A DNA stretch of 64,000 nucleotides from Octopus sinensis (taxonomy: Eukaryota). The DNA lies in contig NW_021830451.1 of NCBI RefSeq assembly GCF_006345805.1, positions 1-64,000 on the forward strand, written 5' to 3'. A program made the position numbers and the translations under genes. Under the pieces are notes generated by a model. It did no database searches. It worked only from the letters and a program-made list of their open reading frames with translations, and was not told the origin of the DNA. Below are positions 27,499-42,512 of the stretch, in pieces (position 1 is the first letter of the stretch; each line of letters starts with the position of its first letter).

Positions 27499-27842
27499 TT
27501 ATATATATATATTTATTAGCACAAGCACTTATATCTCCGTCTGCATAGATAAATAAATGCTTCTTTATCATATTCTGTTACTCTTTTACTTGTTTTAGTT
27601 CATTTGACTGCAGTCATGCTGGAGCCCAGGAGCCCAGTACTTATTCTTTTTAAGGCTAAAACTTATTGTATCGGTCTCTAGCGGTAAGTTACGGGGTGGC
27701 AAACACACCAGCATTGGTTGTCAAGCGATATTGCGGGTGGGGTGGGGGAACAAACACTGACACACAAACAGATACACAACATATATACATGTTTATATAT
27801 ATATATATATATTATATATATAATATATATATATATATATAT

Positions 27843-27873
<31 letters not shown>

Positions 27874-28389
27874 CATATATATACCTATGTATATATATCA
27901 AAATGACGCGTTATAATACTATTCCACATATACGAAAACAGCTAAGCCAACAATTTAACATACTTCCATCATCAGCTGCCCATTAATTTCTTTATGACTT
28001 CGACACCCGAGGAGTATCATTCAATATATATATATATATAATATATATAATATATATATATATATATAATCATATTGAGAGAGAGAAGATGATTAAAATG
28101 AACACAAGTATAAAACATTGTTTCCTATATTAGATTTTGTAATTGAACGCAATAATGCGTTCCCCTGGTGAGCCGTCGCGGTTACATATCAAAATGCACT
28201 TGAAATATCCAATTGTTAGTTTCATTTAACTTCAACGACGAAACGTACGTAGGAACGAAAATTCAAACTCCTGTTTATTTTCTCCTATTTTCCTGCCTAT
28301 GCTCTGTATATGGAACTAGTAACGGTACTAAGTAAAGTGTTAGACTAACTAACAGACTAGTAGATGATCAGAAAATGATAATCTGAATG

Positions 28390-28452
28390 CAGACAATTCG
28401 TCGACAGAAAAATCGCCGACAGACAATTTGCCGACAGATAATTCGCACACAG
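28390..28452. repeat. Four tandem 15-bp repeats (agacaattcgccgac)
   Basis: agacaattcgtcgac agaaaaatcgccgac agacaatttgccgac agataattcgcacac; resembles subterminal repeats of Mutator-like DNA transposons. Confidence 0.75.
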
Positions 28453-29291
28453 CTTCAGACTCAACGCGAAGGCGTAAATCAAATGCCTGCATGAGGTTGT
28501 GCTGCTCAGTATCATGAGGGAAAGATTCGTTCCAGCAAAATCTAAGTATTAACCAACTTCATCCAGAATATCAGTGCCAGTCTCCACACTGCAATATCAC
28601 AATGAATTTGAGTCTTTACCTACTTCGGGAGTACGCTTGTAACTGGAACAAACGGTTTACTGTTCAATAAAGCCCAACATTGCATTTGGTCACTGCTTCA
28701 CTAATAACGCAGAAACCATTCACGTTGTTAACATGACTCCACCATCCTTTTCTGATTATAACACTGGAGAATTAACAATACACGAGCCAAGGGCATATGC
28801 ATATGTAGCTCGGTACCACGTAAAATGCGTGACAAGGCTCTGTTACTATAAGACTTCCTAGCACTAGTTGAGAAATTTCTAAGAACTGGCTTCAAAACCA
28901 TTGCATTCAAGAGAACAGTATAAAAGAGAACAAATTCGTCTCAGTAATGAAAATAACGTGATTAAATATATCTTAATGAGGACATAAAGACGGCTTTCAG
29001 AAACTTATCGTCCCCAAGAGAGGGAAGTATTTTTAGGCGAAGAAGGAAATAGTTTTAGTGTTTAAATAAACAAATAAACGAAAGAGAAAGCAGCTGGTTT
29101 TGTAATGTATGCCATTGACATTGAAAATGAAAATACTGCATGTTAATTAAAACTTAAGAAATAAAACCTATAGAAAAAAACCCCAAATATTTCTGTAGTT
29201 TTGCAAAAGATCACATAATCAAGTAGATGTCTTTCCATCACAAAATAGGGCCGTTGGTTGAAGGGCATGTACCACTCGTTTGTTGAACGTC

Positions 29292-29530
29292 GGCTGTGTG
29301 GTAAGTAACTTGTTTACCAACCACATGGTTCCGGGTTCAGTCCCACTGCGTGTCTTCTACTATAGCCTCGGGCCGACCAAAGTCTTGTGAGTGGATTTGG
29401 TAGACGGAACACCGATAGAATAAGTACTGGGCTTACAAAGAATAAGTCCCGGGGTCAAGTTGCTCGATTAAAGGCGGTGCTCCAGCATGGCCGCAGTCAA
29501 ATGACTGAAACAAGTAAAAGAGTAAAAGAG
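29292..29530 (+). mobile_element. SINE family B lacking the central microsatellite module
   Basis: gtagacggaac is joined directly to accgatagaataagtac. Confidence 0.85.
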
Positions 29531-30414
29531 TTTATTGAAATACTTAATGAACTATTCTATATTATGTTTGCCATCACTCTGGTACACATGACGAAATATC
29601 TTAGAAATATAACCGTACGGGGAGAACTTGCAACTAGTAACCCGTATAACAGGAAAAGAATCGGATGTAATAGCTATCAGAGACAAACTCTGTATAATGA
29701 TGTTCATGTTGTTTTCAAAACAATCCCTACAAAGATATGCGAAACAGCCCTAGTAAAACGATTTCAGTTACTTTCGGAAATCTTTCTACAATATGATAAA
29801 ATACCCTGAAACTTGAAAGAGGATACGTGTCCTATCTATATGGGAGAAAGCAGAGCAGATGTAAAAACATTACAGGCCTGTATCTGTGAATTTAGAAAGC
29901 AACAAAGTTATGGAATGTATTAGCAGTATGCGGTAGTGGTGTTGACTGTGTTTCTAGAAACAATATATCGTAGCTTGCTAATTGATACCTAGCATGATTT
30001 CTACCTAGGTTAAAGCAACTTCATGCAGTAGTTGCAACAATAAAGCAGTACACCAAAACGGCTACGGAACCAATGAAAGGCTTACGGCAAAGATGATAAC
30101 GAGGCAATATGCATCAAACTTCGTGACCTCGATACAGCTGAGAAAGTATGATTGTTGACGTATGTTTTCTAAAAAGACAAATGTTGAAGTTTTAACTATT
30201 CAGAGCGAGATACCACAGGGGACTACTTAGGAGGCATTATGGTTTTTTAATAGCTCCATCAGACTTATCCACAAGCTCCCAGCGCAGCCATCCACGAAAG
30301 CGTCGACGATGATACCAGAATATAAAAAAAAGAAAAACAGTTCAAATAACAGATATCAAATGGTTAGAGAGAGATTATGAAAAAATAACAAAAAAGAAAT
30401 TTAAAAAATCATTT

Positions 30415-30670
30415 TCTTCTTTCAGTCACATGACTTCAGCCATGATGGTAGACAGCCTTGAAAGGTTTTAGTCGAACAGACCGACCCCAGGATTTGTTTT
30501 CATTTAAACTTCGTACTTATTCTATTAGTCTCTTTTGCTAAACTGTTAAGTTACGGTGACATAAACACACCAGCACCGGTTGCCAAGCCCTGGCGGAGGG
30601 CAAAGACAAACATACACACACAAATTTACACACACACAGAGATACACAAACAAATACACACTCACACGCA

Positions 30671-30723
<53 letters not shown>

Positions 30724-30890
30724 GTATAAATATGGCGAGCTTCTTTCAATTCCCGTCTACCAAATCTACTCACAAGGATTTGGTCGGGCCTAGTCTGTAG
30801 TAGAAGACACTCAACGTGCTACACATTAGGACCGGACCCGGAACCACGTTATTGGGTAGCAAGCTTATTAACACACAGCCACGCCTGCTC
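30415..30890 (-). mobile_element. SINE family B, diverged
   Basis: Reverse complement of the family pattern with an internal (TA)/(CA) tract. Confidence 0.8.
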
Positions 30891-31146
30891 CAGGATAAAT
30901 AAAAATAAAATAATCTACAAAAATAATAAAGCATGAAATTCGATGCAAGAGATTTTAAAGAACGTTGCAACATGCACCAAGTGAATTACAAATTAATATA
31001 CACCAAGCTGGAAGAAATTTCAGTGGAGGAATCAGAATTAGTACCGAATATGTTGTTGACAACAAGTAATGAATGACTCATTGTTTCATGTGCACATTAG
31101 GAAAATACAGGAAATTTACCGGTGAGATCCCAAAATTATTTACAAC

Positions 31147-31312
31147 AGGAGTGGCTGTGTGGTAAGTAGCTTGCTTACCAATCACATGGTTCCGACTTCA
31201 GTCCCACTGCGTGGCACTTTGGGCAAGTGTCTTCTACTATAGCCTCGGGCCGACCAATACCTTGTGAGTGGATTTGGTAGACGGAAACTGAAAGAAGCCT
31301 GCCGTATGTATG

Positions 31313-31397
<85 letters not shown>

Positions 31398-31611
31398 ATG
31401 CTTGTGTGTCTGTGTTTGTCCCCCCTAGCATTGCTTGACGCCCGATGCTGGTGTGTTTACGTCCCCGTTACTTAGCTGTTCGGCAAAAGAGACCGATAAA
31501 ATAAGTACTTACAAAGTATAAGTCACGGGGTTGAGTTGCTCGATAAAGGCAGTGCTCCACCATGGCCGGAGTCAAATGACTGAAAAGAAGTACAAAAAAA
31601 ACAAAAAGAGT
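31147..31611 (+). mobile_element. SINE family B, full length
   Basis: ggagtggctgtgtggtaagtagcttgc head, internal (TA)n(TG)n, 3' gtcaaatgactgaaa. Confidence 0.9.
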
Positions 31612-32390
31612 AATATGAGCACAACAGCTCAAAGTTTTAGGGTTTACATTCTTCTTTTTTCAGTCACTGGATGCGGTCATGCTGGAGCTTCTCTCTGAAA
31701 TATCATACTCTAACGGATCAAGGCTAGTACTTAACTGGTATTTATTCAGTCAGAGTATTTTAAATTTTGCGGCAAGAGTAATTTTACCAGGAGGTAAACC
31801 AAGCAACACCGAGTGTCAAACTGGGAGAAAGACACACACATAGACACATGTATGTACATAAACATGCTCACATAAACATAGGCGTATATGTGAGTATATG
31901 AGTTCATACGAAAGGCTTCCACACTGATTCTGTGTATCAAATTCCCTCACAAGTTTTTGATCTGCTCTGGGCTTGCAGAAATAGTGACATGCCAAACCGC
32001 ACACAGGGACTGATCCCCGAATCTATTTGGCAGCAAAGAGAGTATCCTAACCACATAACCACGACTTGGCTCGTACGGTCATTGCTATTTATTGACCGAA
32101 AGACATTCCTTTCTCATTAAATGCAATATTGCTTAACTCTGTGGCCGATTCATACTGCCAACTGCACTGCAAAATTGAAGGCCTTCAAGGGCTCTACTTG
32201 AAAAAAAATTCCATGCACCAGATGAGTGCCTGGAAGAAGAGGAATGCTTTGAAGATGTATTCTTTTGAAACGTTACGGATATCGATATGCAATCACAAAT
32301 ACCTGCAAAATGCTGGAGGAGCCGACAACAAACTTTGGCTCTGAAAACTCTACAAATGTTCTAACAGGCGCCATGTTATCATACTAGTTG

Positions 32391-32423
<33 letters not shown>

Positions 32424-32495
32424 TATGCATACATATATATATATATATGCATACATATATATATATATATGCATACATATATATATATATATATA

Positions 32496-32527
<32 letters not shown>

Positions 32528-32652
32528 GTACCAACATTTATATATTTACGTATGTGTATATATAAATAAATGCATATAAATATCCATATACACACATATA
32601 TACATATTCATATTTATGTATACATGTACACACACACATATATAAGTACGTG

Positions 32653-32715
<63 letters not shown>

Positions 32716-33324
32716 TGAATTATGTATACATCTACCTATATGTGTATGTGTGTACATATCATATGTTGCACTGTTTATATACTGTTATGGGTACGAGCGT
32801 ATGATAACATAGACCAAAACGACTGTAAGGTGGATACCTGTTTATTAAACTGCGCCAGAGTCTAGTTAACATTCCGTTGTGATATATTGAGCTTGTATGC
32901 GTTGGACGTTCTGTATACATGTAGCCATTTTTTCTAATGTGTTATACGCACGGAAACCAACCAAAATAAGCAATTCATATACGACCGTAATATAAGCCAT
33001 CGTAATATAATGCAGTGGCTTTTTATTGAATGTGGCATATGAACTTTCAACTAAAAAATTAGGTCGTATGATTAAATGATATACCTGATTATTCTCAGGT
33101 GGAGTTAAAATTCGGAGAAGAATGAAGGTTAAAATAACAGCTTTTGTGCGCAGCATTTCGATTATTCACGCTCAGGAAACTGTCATAATGGGAGCATAAT
33201 TATTCTGTTACACTGTTTAATACACCGATGATACACACACATACACACGCATACACATACTCACACACAAACATACACGCACACACATATACATATATAT
33301 AAAAATATATATATATATACATAT

Positions 33325-33407
<83 letters not shown>

Positions 33408-33410
<3 letters not shown>

Positions 33411-33531
33411 GGTGTCCCCAAAAAATGTATACACACTTAAATAATTGTAAATTTGTTATTCTTTGTAAGCCTAGTACTTATTCTATCGTTCTCTTTTGCC
33501 GAACGACTATGTGTATACATTTTTTTGGGAC

Positions 33532-33537
<6 letters not shown>
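33408..33537. mobile_element. Tc1/mariner-type MITE in (TA)n; second copy at 34486-34616
   Basis: TIRs cagggtgtccccaaaaaatgtatacac and gtgtatacatttttttgggacaccct, TA-flanked. Confidence 0.85.
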
Positions 33538-33583
<46 letters not shown>

Positions 33584-33589
33584 TATATA

Positions 33590-33712
33590 TCATCGTGATC
33601 ACCGTGACCGACCAGGCTATCAGATGTTGCTACACATCGCTGGTAACAATGCGCTTCGCATTGTTTTAGCCTTCAAATGACGCCACCCCGTTGGCTAAGC
33701 GAGTAAGCAACC
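33590..33712 (-). repeat. Structured ~120-bp repeat, probably a retroelement 3' end; also at 34669-34790 and 60252-60370
   Basis: gtgatcac(c)gtgaccgaccag...ctggt(c)acaatgcg-cttc-gcattgt...gctaagcgag; abuts (TA)n in every copy. Confidence 0.7.
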
Positions 33713-34421
33713 ATACATACATACACACATACATACACCACACACACACACACACACACACACACCACACACACACCACACACATATATATATATTGAAT
33801 TATGTATACATCTACCTATATGTGTATGTGTGTACATATCATATGTTGCACTGTTTATATACTGTTATGGGTACGAGCGTATGATACATAGACCAAAACG
33901 ACTGTAAGGTGGATACCTGTTTATTAAACTGCGCCAGAGTCTAGTTAACATTCCGTTGTGATATATTGAGCTGGTATGCGTTGGACTTCTGTATACATGT
34001 AGCCATTTTTTCTAATGTGTTATACGCACGGAAACCAACCAAAATAAGCAATTCATATACGACCGTAATATAAGCCATCGTAATATAATGCAGTGGCTTT
34101 TTATTGAATGTGGCATATGAACTTTCAACTAAAAAATTAGGTCGTATGATTAAATGATTACCTGATTATTCTCAGGTGGAGTTAAAATTCGGAGAAGAAT
34201 GAAGGTTAAAATAACAGCTTTTGTGCGCAGCATTTCGATTATTCACGCTCAGGAAACTGTCATAATGGGAGCATAATTATTCTGTTACACTGTTTAATAC
34301 ACCGATGATACACACACATACACACGCATACACATACTCACACACAAACATACACGCACACACATATATACATATATATAAAAATATATATATATATACA
34401 TATATACATATATACATATAT

Positions 34422-34488
<67 letters not shown>

Positions 34489-34620
34489 GGTGTCCCCAAA
34501 AAATGTATACACACCTTAAATAATTGTAAATTTGTTATTCTTTGTAAGCCTAGTACTTATTCTATCGTTCTCTTTTGCCGAACGACTATGTGTATACATT
34601 TTTTTGGGACACCCTATATA

Positions 34621-34654
<34 letters not shown>

Positions 34655-36035
34655 CACATATATATATATCATCGTGATCACCGTGACCGACCAGGCTATC
34701 AGATGTTGCTACACATCGCTGGTAACAATGCGCTTCGCATTGTTTTAGCCTTCAAATGACGCCACCCCGTTGGCTAAGCGAGTAAGCAACCATACATACA
34801 TACACACATACATACACACACACACACACGCACACACACACATATATATATTTATATACACATACATACATATGTGTGTGTGTGTATATATATTTATATA
34901 TATATATATAAACATTAAATACGAACGGGTATTCTGCACATCTAAGCACCCTGGTACAGTCATTCTCTTGGGTGTATCTAATGTTATTATTTCTATATAC
35001 ATGTAATCGTACCATCGAGGTGGTACCCGTGTAACAGAAGGCCTTGGATACCGTTTCACTTCTCCCTATCAGAAAAGCAATTTTGAATCGTACAATTTTT
35101 CCCCCCAAATTTTTCCTCTTTGTATTTTCTAAACACATAGACAGATGTAATTAGCCTATATTCACCAACTACAATGGAATGTCGGCCTGTTAACTTTAGC
35201 TATGTGATAAAAAGAGAGGGAGAGGGTTTTTACCTAGATATCCAGATGTTTATGTTGAAAGAATGTCGGGAGTCTTGTAACAATATATAAAATGGAAAAC
35301 TCACTTACTTAAATAATAACACTTCTTTCGTCGCTTTGAGGCTAAACGAATTATATTTACATCTATCTAAAACAGAACACACTATTGAACGATAGCTGCT
35401 CAGATCCGTCCATTGTCACTGATATGTAATTTTCTGACGAGTGAAGATTTGGATTTCTTTAACTTTTCTTTTCTTTTCACATAAGTGGTGATACGCCACC
35501 AGACGATGTTCCCGGTGTCAAAAAAATAAATAAACCGAGTTTGTTTTTAAATATATTTATTACGAAGGATCCTGTTTCTCATGTTGTCCTTCTCATTCGT
35601 TTGATATCCCATTGTGGGTGTTATTTTCACACTTCTTTGAAATCTATTCTTTTTGGTTTCGGCTGGGAATTAATAAAGCAAGTTCACTTGCAGGATCGGA
35701 ACTTCAAATATAATGGTTTTCCTGTTAACAAATTTTCAAACATCCATACATAGATATATGCAAACATATGCATACATACATATATACATCGTACATATCC
35801 AGATATATATATGCGTATGTACATACATGTATGCATGCGGAAGCGGAGTTTCATGCGTACATCCACATACAAAAATACATTCATATACTATGTATATGTA
35901 TGTATCTATGTTTATATATATATTCATATTTAGTAGAAGTAAGAGACTTTGCCAATGCACTCACCCCTTGAGTAACGCTGTTACATCTGTCCAATATGAA
36001 CAATGCAAATATACTCATCATATACTCATATTTTG

Positions 36036-36085
<50 letters not shown>

Positions 36086-37017
36086 AATACAAATAGAGGC
36101 ATACATACATTCATAGACACACATACATATAGGTACGTATAGTCCGATGAGGACGTGTGGGTATATGGATGGGTACAGCTCCACACATATCTGTACGCTG
36201 GCATTGCTCTTAATTTCTTGCGTAAGAAGATAAATATTTGTATCAAGTTGTTACAATACTAGGGCAGATGTAAATTACAACTATTTGATCCTCACGAATA
36301 TACGCTCACATATACACATACTCGCGCGTATAGATATCTATGGTTTCTTAGATATGTATATAGAGAGAATGGTACACAGGTGCGCACACTTAAACATAAG
36401 TAGAGATTATATATATATAAAGAGCAGATAGGTGTATATAGAAAGAGCGAAGAGAGCCCTGGTAATATGGTATTGTATCAACATTACTTCCAAATTCTCT
36501 CACAAATAAGACATGTGTACACATCACAGAATATATCTTTTAATCGTGCGCAAAAAGTCTATACTAGGCTAACGGGGAGCACATCTATGCGTACACACGA
36601 AAATTGCTCTTCCTCATTAACTTTTGAAATCAAATTAATTTCATCTCTTTGTATAAAGACATCTCGTTGGATACTAAAGTATCATATAATTAACAAGATT
36701 CCTATAAACAGAGCTGTTTGAAAGCTTTGATCTTACATTCTTACGGAAACAGCCATTGCAACTTACGCCTGTCCGAGTATTATTACATTTTAATAGATCA
36801 TGTGTCTATATGTAATCCTAACAAAAAATACCTTCTTCCATAAATACCCGCAACAGTAAGTCACTTCACGTCATACATTGTTTTTATTTTATATCGGACT
36901 ATCTTGTATAGTGGACTAAGCCATTTATAGATCTGAGTATTGTCTATCTGGTATATTTCTTGAAATTTATTCGAATATACAAAACTCCATTCAGAAACAA
37001 GACGTAGGAATCAATAT

Positions 37018-37069
<52 letters not shown>

Positions 37070-37493
37070 TATGTGTGTGTGTGTGTGTGTATGTCAGAAG
37101 TAGTGTACAGATATTGAATTTTGGGAAAACAGGTCGCTAGAATTTTCGAAAAGGATTTATTTTTATTTTGTCATTACTATTAGCGCTCGTTTTTCGAAGT
37201 TGTCAAATAAATCGTTTTTGTGAATGTACAAACAGGTTGTTTATTTCTGTAAAACAGATGATTTTTTTTTGTTTTATTTAGAAGAGGAGAACATTGTCTT
37301 TCTATTTTTTTGTGAGGTTCCAGGACAACGGAAATGGATAGGGTGATAGATAGAAAGACAAAGAGATAGGTACAGAGGGGAAGGAGGGACGCCCTACAAT
37401 GTTGACTTCCATCCATTTATCTATTTATTTAGTTTTACCATTCTATTGAAATGAGTTCAATATGTATGTATATGTATATATATATATATATAT

Positions 37494-37528
<35 letters not shown>

Positions 37529-37565
37529 TATATATATATATACACACGCGCATATATATATATAC

Positions 37566-37619
<54 letters not shown>

Positions 37620-37629
37620 ATATATATAT

Positions 37630-37900
37630 ATTAGCTGCTTCTCGTATACGAGCAAAGCCATTGCTTGAAAGAATTGTAGAAATGAGTCAATGTCGATGCA
37701 ATGTGAGGCCCTTGCATGGCTCTTCAGCCCAGCGAATGTGTTACACATTCTATTACATAACGCACAGCTATTCTGGCTGGCAGAAGAAACAAGTGTCACA
37801 GTATGAACTCTTTTGGTATGCCTTCTTAATCCTCCAACTAAGAGGCACACCTCACCACATGTTCTGTTGTGAACAATAGCCGTATCGCAATTTGCCATGG
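37630..37900 (-). mobile_element. RTE-clade LINE 3' fragment
   Basis: C-terminal C2H2-like motif [22 protein letters not shown] followed by a short 3' UTR ending at (TA)n. Confidence 0.65.
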
Positions 37901-38051
37901 GTCGATTCCTGGGAGTTCTCTAGTGGCTGACCAAACTCGCACGACTTAAGTACTTCCACTCACACGCAGAAACCGCACGCACACAAATCAAGACTCTCTC
38001 ATTCTGCACATACGTTCATATTTTACACACAAACAAACATAAAAAAAGAAG

Positions 38052-38248
38052 TCGCCATGATAGATCGGTAGCCACTACACACATTTTGTTTCCCTCCTTG
38101 TTTCTCTCCTTGTTTCTCTCTGTGTTCCTTTCTGTGGAAGAGCGTTGGCTCGAAACGTAAAAGACATTTTCAATTCCTGAGCGTTATACAAATACATCTG
38201 TTTGTTTTCTACACCACCTCTCTTCGTCTTTTGTTTTTTTTCGTAAAT
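38052..38248 (+). repeat. Repeat with a minimal HHR variant at 38128-38163
   Basis: CUUU-CUGUGGA-A-GAGC(GUUG)GCUC-GAAA-CG-UA-AAAG. Confidence 0.75.
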
Positions 38249-38282
<34 letters not shown>

Positions 38283-38346
38283 CATGCACACGCACACACA
38301 CACATACACACACACACACACATACACACACACACACACACATATC

Positions 38347-38509
38347 ACTTTGGGATCTTTCTTTCCTCTCTCTTCCTTCTTTATGTTTCCCACGAAGAGC
38401 TCCGCTCGAAACGTCATACCTTCCTGCTTCCATATTTCCTGAGCGCCTATTAATAATAATACCGTAATTGTTCCACGTGTTGTTGTTTTTTTGTTTTCCC
38501 GTTTGGATT

Positions 38510-38512
<3 letters not shown>
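38347..38512 (+). repeat. Related repeat subfamily with a degenerate HHR; another copy on minus at 58085-58292
   Basis: cccacgaagagctccgctcgaaacgtc here; ccaacgaagagctccgctcgaaacgtt in the other copy. Confidence 0.65.
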
Positions 38513-38558
<46 letters not shown>

Positions 38559-39029
38559 TTCATACACATTTTGCAATTTGCAAGAATTCAAATGTCTGTT
38601 AGACACCACTCTATAGCATGCGCTACTTACATGCATTGAACACAATGGAATATAATCCTTCGGCCAAGGCCGCAACGGTTTGCTAGGATTCAGATTCGAA
38701 CACACATCATTACGTTCTTGAATCTAACAATCCGGATCATTCTCTTTTCCACATGTGGACAAAGACAGACACACAATCAGAGATAGACATAATGGAAGGA
38801 ATGATTTCCTCCGCGTGTGTATATTTTTGTTGTTTCTCCGATATCTGAGTGCAAACCACCATATGTATACGCCATATGAATATAGATGATATATAAATAA
38901 TTACAAATATACATTTAAGTCCATTCTAAGACACTAACTTCTTTTATCCGTATATATTATCAAAGTAGTGATATCGTGACACGTGTAGTTAAACACAGGA
39001 AATAAAACATGCCTTGTTAGCAATTTATC

Positions 39030-39049
39030 AATATTATTACTACCATTGC

Positions 39050-39098
<49 letters not shown>

Positions 39099-39121
39099 GT
39101 TGTTGTTGTTGTTGTTATCGG

Positions 39122-39205
<84 letters not shown>

Positions 39206-39291
39206 TATTATTGTTATTATTATACTTATTATTATCTTTATTATTATAAAAATATTAGAAAAGATTATTATCACAATTGTTATTATTATTA

Positions 39292-39329
<38 letters not shown>

Positions 39330-39415
39330 GTTGTTGTTATTATTAATATTATTGTTGTTGTTATTATTATTATTATTATTATTATACATATATATATATA
39401 TGTATATATATGTAC

Positions 39416-39480
<65 letters not shown>

Positions 39481-39851
39481 CGATTAGAACATGGCGGAAG
39501 GAAGCGAGAAAATTAAAGTAGTTGCCTGTTCCTTTGAGACGGATATGTGGCATAATAGTTTCCACGTTGGTTTAGTCAGTTTATAAAAAATCCTGTGTGC
39601 TTGGCCCAATTCTGCTGTTTCTTCACTTTGTTTAAAAGTTAGGGAGCGCAATAAGAGAACTGGTGTCAGGTGCATAGCATTCTGGATTCTCTTTTATAAC
39701 ATCAGTGTATATTTTCAAACATAATATTGTTTATTTGTCAGAAGAGAAACGGTTCGTAATGATTTATCTAGAAACATTAGATGAAGAAGCTTTTGCATTC
39801 TAAGAAAATATACTTAAAGCAGACATGCTTTTGTTGTTTCTTCTTCTTTCC

Positions 39852-39882
<31 letters not shown>

Positions 39883-39886
39883 CCTA

Positions 39887-39917
<31 letters not shown>

Positions 39918-39986
39918 TTCTTCTTCTTCTTCTTCTTCTTCTTCTTCTTCTTCTTCTTCTTTTTCTTCTTCTTATCTTTATTATTA

Positions 39987-40017
<31 letters not shown>

Positions 40018-40097
40018 CATTATTATTATTATTATCATTATTATTATTATTGTTATTGTTATTATTATTATTATTATTAGTAGTAGTAGTAGTAGTA
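39030..40097. repeat. Compound trinucleotide microsatellites (TAT/TGT/CAT at 39030-39385; TTC/TAT/TAG at 39835-40097)
   Basis: Directly visible. Confidence 0.95.
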
Positions 40098-40132
40098 ATA
40101 GACGAAGCAGTTGTTAAAATAGGAAGAGTTGT

Positions 40133-40176
<44 letters not shown>

Positions 40177-40426
40177 ACGCATATATGTACATACGTAGAC
40201 ATACACGTATATGTATATATATAATATATATATTATATATATATATATTTAATGTATATATGTACATATTTTAAGACGGTGCTCTGATATGACCGCAAAC
40301 TGAAACATGTAAATGCATACAAGCATACACAGATGGGGATAGATATAAAGTTCAGTATATCTATATGTTTTATATATATATATATAGATAGGTAAAACCA
40401 TACATACAAATACATACACAACCTCA

Positions 40427-40528
<102 letters not shown>

Positions 40529-40808
40529 GTATCTATCTATCTGTCTGTCTATCTATATACACACACACACATATGTATATATCATTGCTATCAGTTAAAC
40601 TGTCGTATGTCCGAATTTGGCCAAACGAGTTTTCTTTTCAATATTTATTTTTCCTTGAAATACCCGGTTCTTTTGATCAAACTATCGTATTTCCAGATGC
40701 CAATATATCAAAAATGTTTTTAGTGTAATACAATGGTTATGGTATGCAATTGTTGTTTTCTAAAAAGGCAACGTTTTGGACTTAAGATACTTTCGTATAA
40801 TAGCAACG

Positions 40809-40845
<37 letters not shown>

Positions 40846-40933
40846 ATATACTATATACACACACATATGTATATATATATACATACATATAGAAATTCTA
40901 TATATATTATTATATATATATATATATACAGCT

Positions 40934-41276
<343 letters not shown>

Positions 41277-41279
41277 CAT

Positions 41280-42200
41280 GACAGGAGCAAATTGACATCC
41301 CTATAATCGTTAAAATTTATCTTTTTAATGATAGTCTCTTATTATCAACCTTGAATGATTTCAGCCATGTGACAATGAGTCCTATCTACCATAGATAAGA
41401 AGTATTTTTAAGCATTTCACCACTGGAGAAGAGTTGAAGGAATTCTTCCTGCAATATGGACACATATTTACCTGAGTTTATGTTTCTCTCCTACTCCACC
41501 ATCCCTAATTAGCCTTTGCTCCTCAGACCATCACAGAATAGCTGCCGTGTTTCATTGTTGGCTGCCATCTTTTCACATCAAATTCTTGATCACAGAGTCT
41601 CCAGACCCACACACAACCACTGTCAGAAAATACAGCAAATCTGGACTCATCCGAGAATGTGTCACTGTCGCAAAATGCTAGTGGCCTCTCCATCATCTCA
41701 TTGGGCCAATCATTCCTCTGCATGATATTGGCTGGCCGAAGAAGAGGCTTCTTCTTGCTGCAATGCCTTAATAGCCAAGTTTGTGAAGATACCTCATAGC
41801 TGTTCTGAGACTGACATTAACTTTTTCTGCTTTGTCAGAGGCCTTGCAACTAAGATTATCCTCCATACTTCTCTTAGCAGAGGGGAGGATCCTGTCAGAG
41901 GGCCCTGGTTGACCTGGAGGAGATGGTGTAGACTCCTTCCTCTGTTTGGTGAATTGCACAATCACTCTATTTAGTGTAACAAGCGGATCCCCAATTTTCC
42001 TGCGATTTTGCATTGTCAAAGTCTACCTTGAGATTGACTCACAATATGGCCTCTTTGAAATTTGGACTGTTCCAAGGCTTCTTTTGTACGTGGCATGATT
42101 AAACAGTCACATATAGAACCTGAAACATGTAGATGTCAAATAATAAAAAATATAAATATTTTCAAGTTAAACATAAAATTATGTCGTATCGGATGTCCTT
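41280..42200 (-). mobile_element. Tc1-family transposon remnant
   Basis: VNVSLRTAMRYLHKLGY, then FSDESRFAVFSDSG.VWVWR...PTMKHGSYSVMV; Tc1 transposase motifs with stops and frameshifts. Confidence 0.85.
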
Positions 42201-42512
42201 ATGTATGTATATATATATATATATATAAATTAATATGTTCAATAAGAAAAAAATTATTTTCGAAATTTTTCTCTTATGAGGTTTTTCACGCTATCTACCC
42301 GATAATTTCTTATTAAGATTCCTTATTAAGAAGTTGTCCTTAATTGCTAAATAATTTTATTCCGAAAAAACTTTTCCTATCCGAAATGCAATTCGAAGAA
42401 GCCTGCCATTTACCGGATGTAATATATGTAAACTCCCCCATGTGCTTCGTTGACGTTGAACAGTTAGCTGCTTGGCTTCGATGGGACAGGATCGTTTATT
42501 TATGATACGTTC

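Larger units (their letters stand above)
32655..34830. repeat. Tandem duplication with a ~1.08-kb unit
   Basis: tatattgaattatgtatacatctacc at 32711 and 33791; the copies differ mainly by 1-bp indels. Confidence 0.92.

Noticed and set aside
28390-28452. CRISPR-like repeats
   Set aside because: The repeats are contiguous without spacers, the context is eukaryotic, and there are no cas genes.
35030-35080. Minus-strand CUGAUAG...GAAACGGUAUC
   Set aside because: Core mismatch and no stem II; probably chance.
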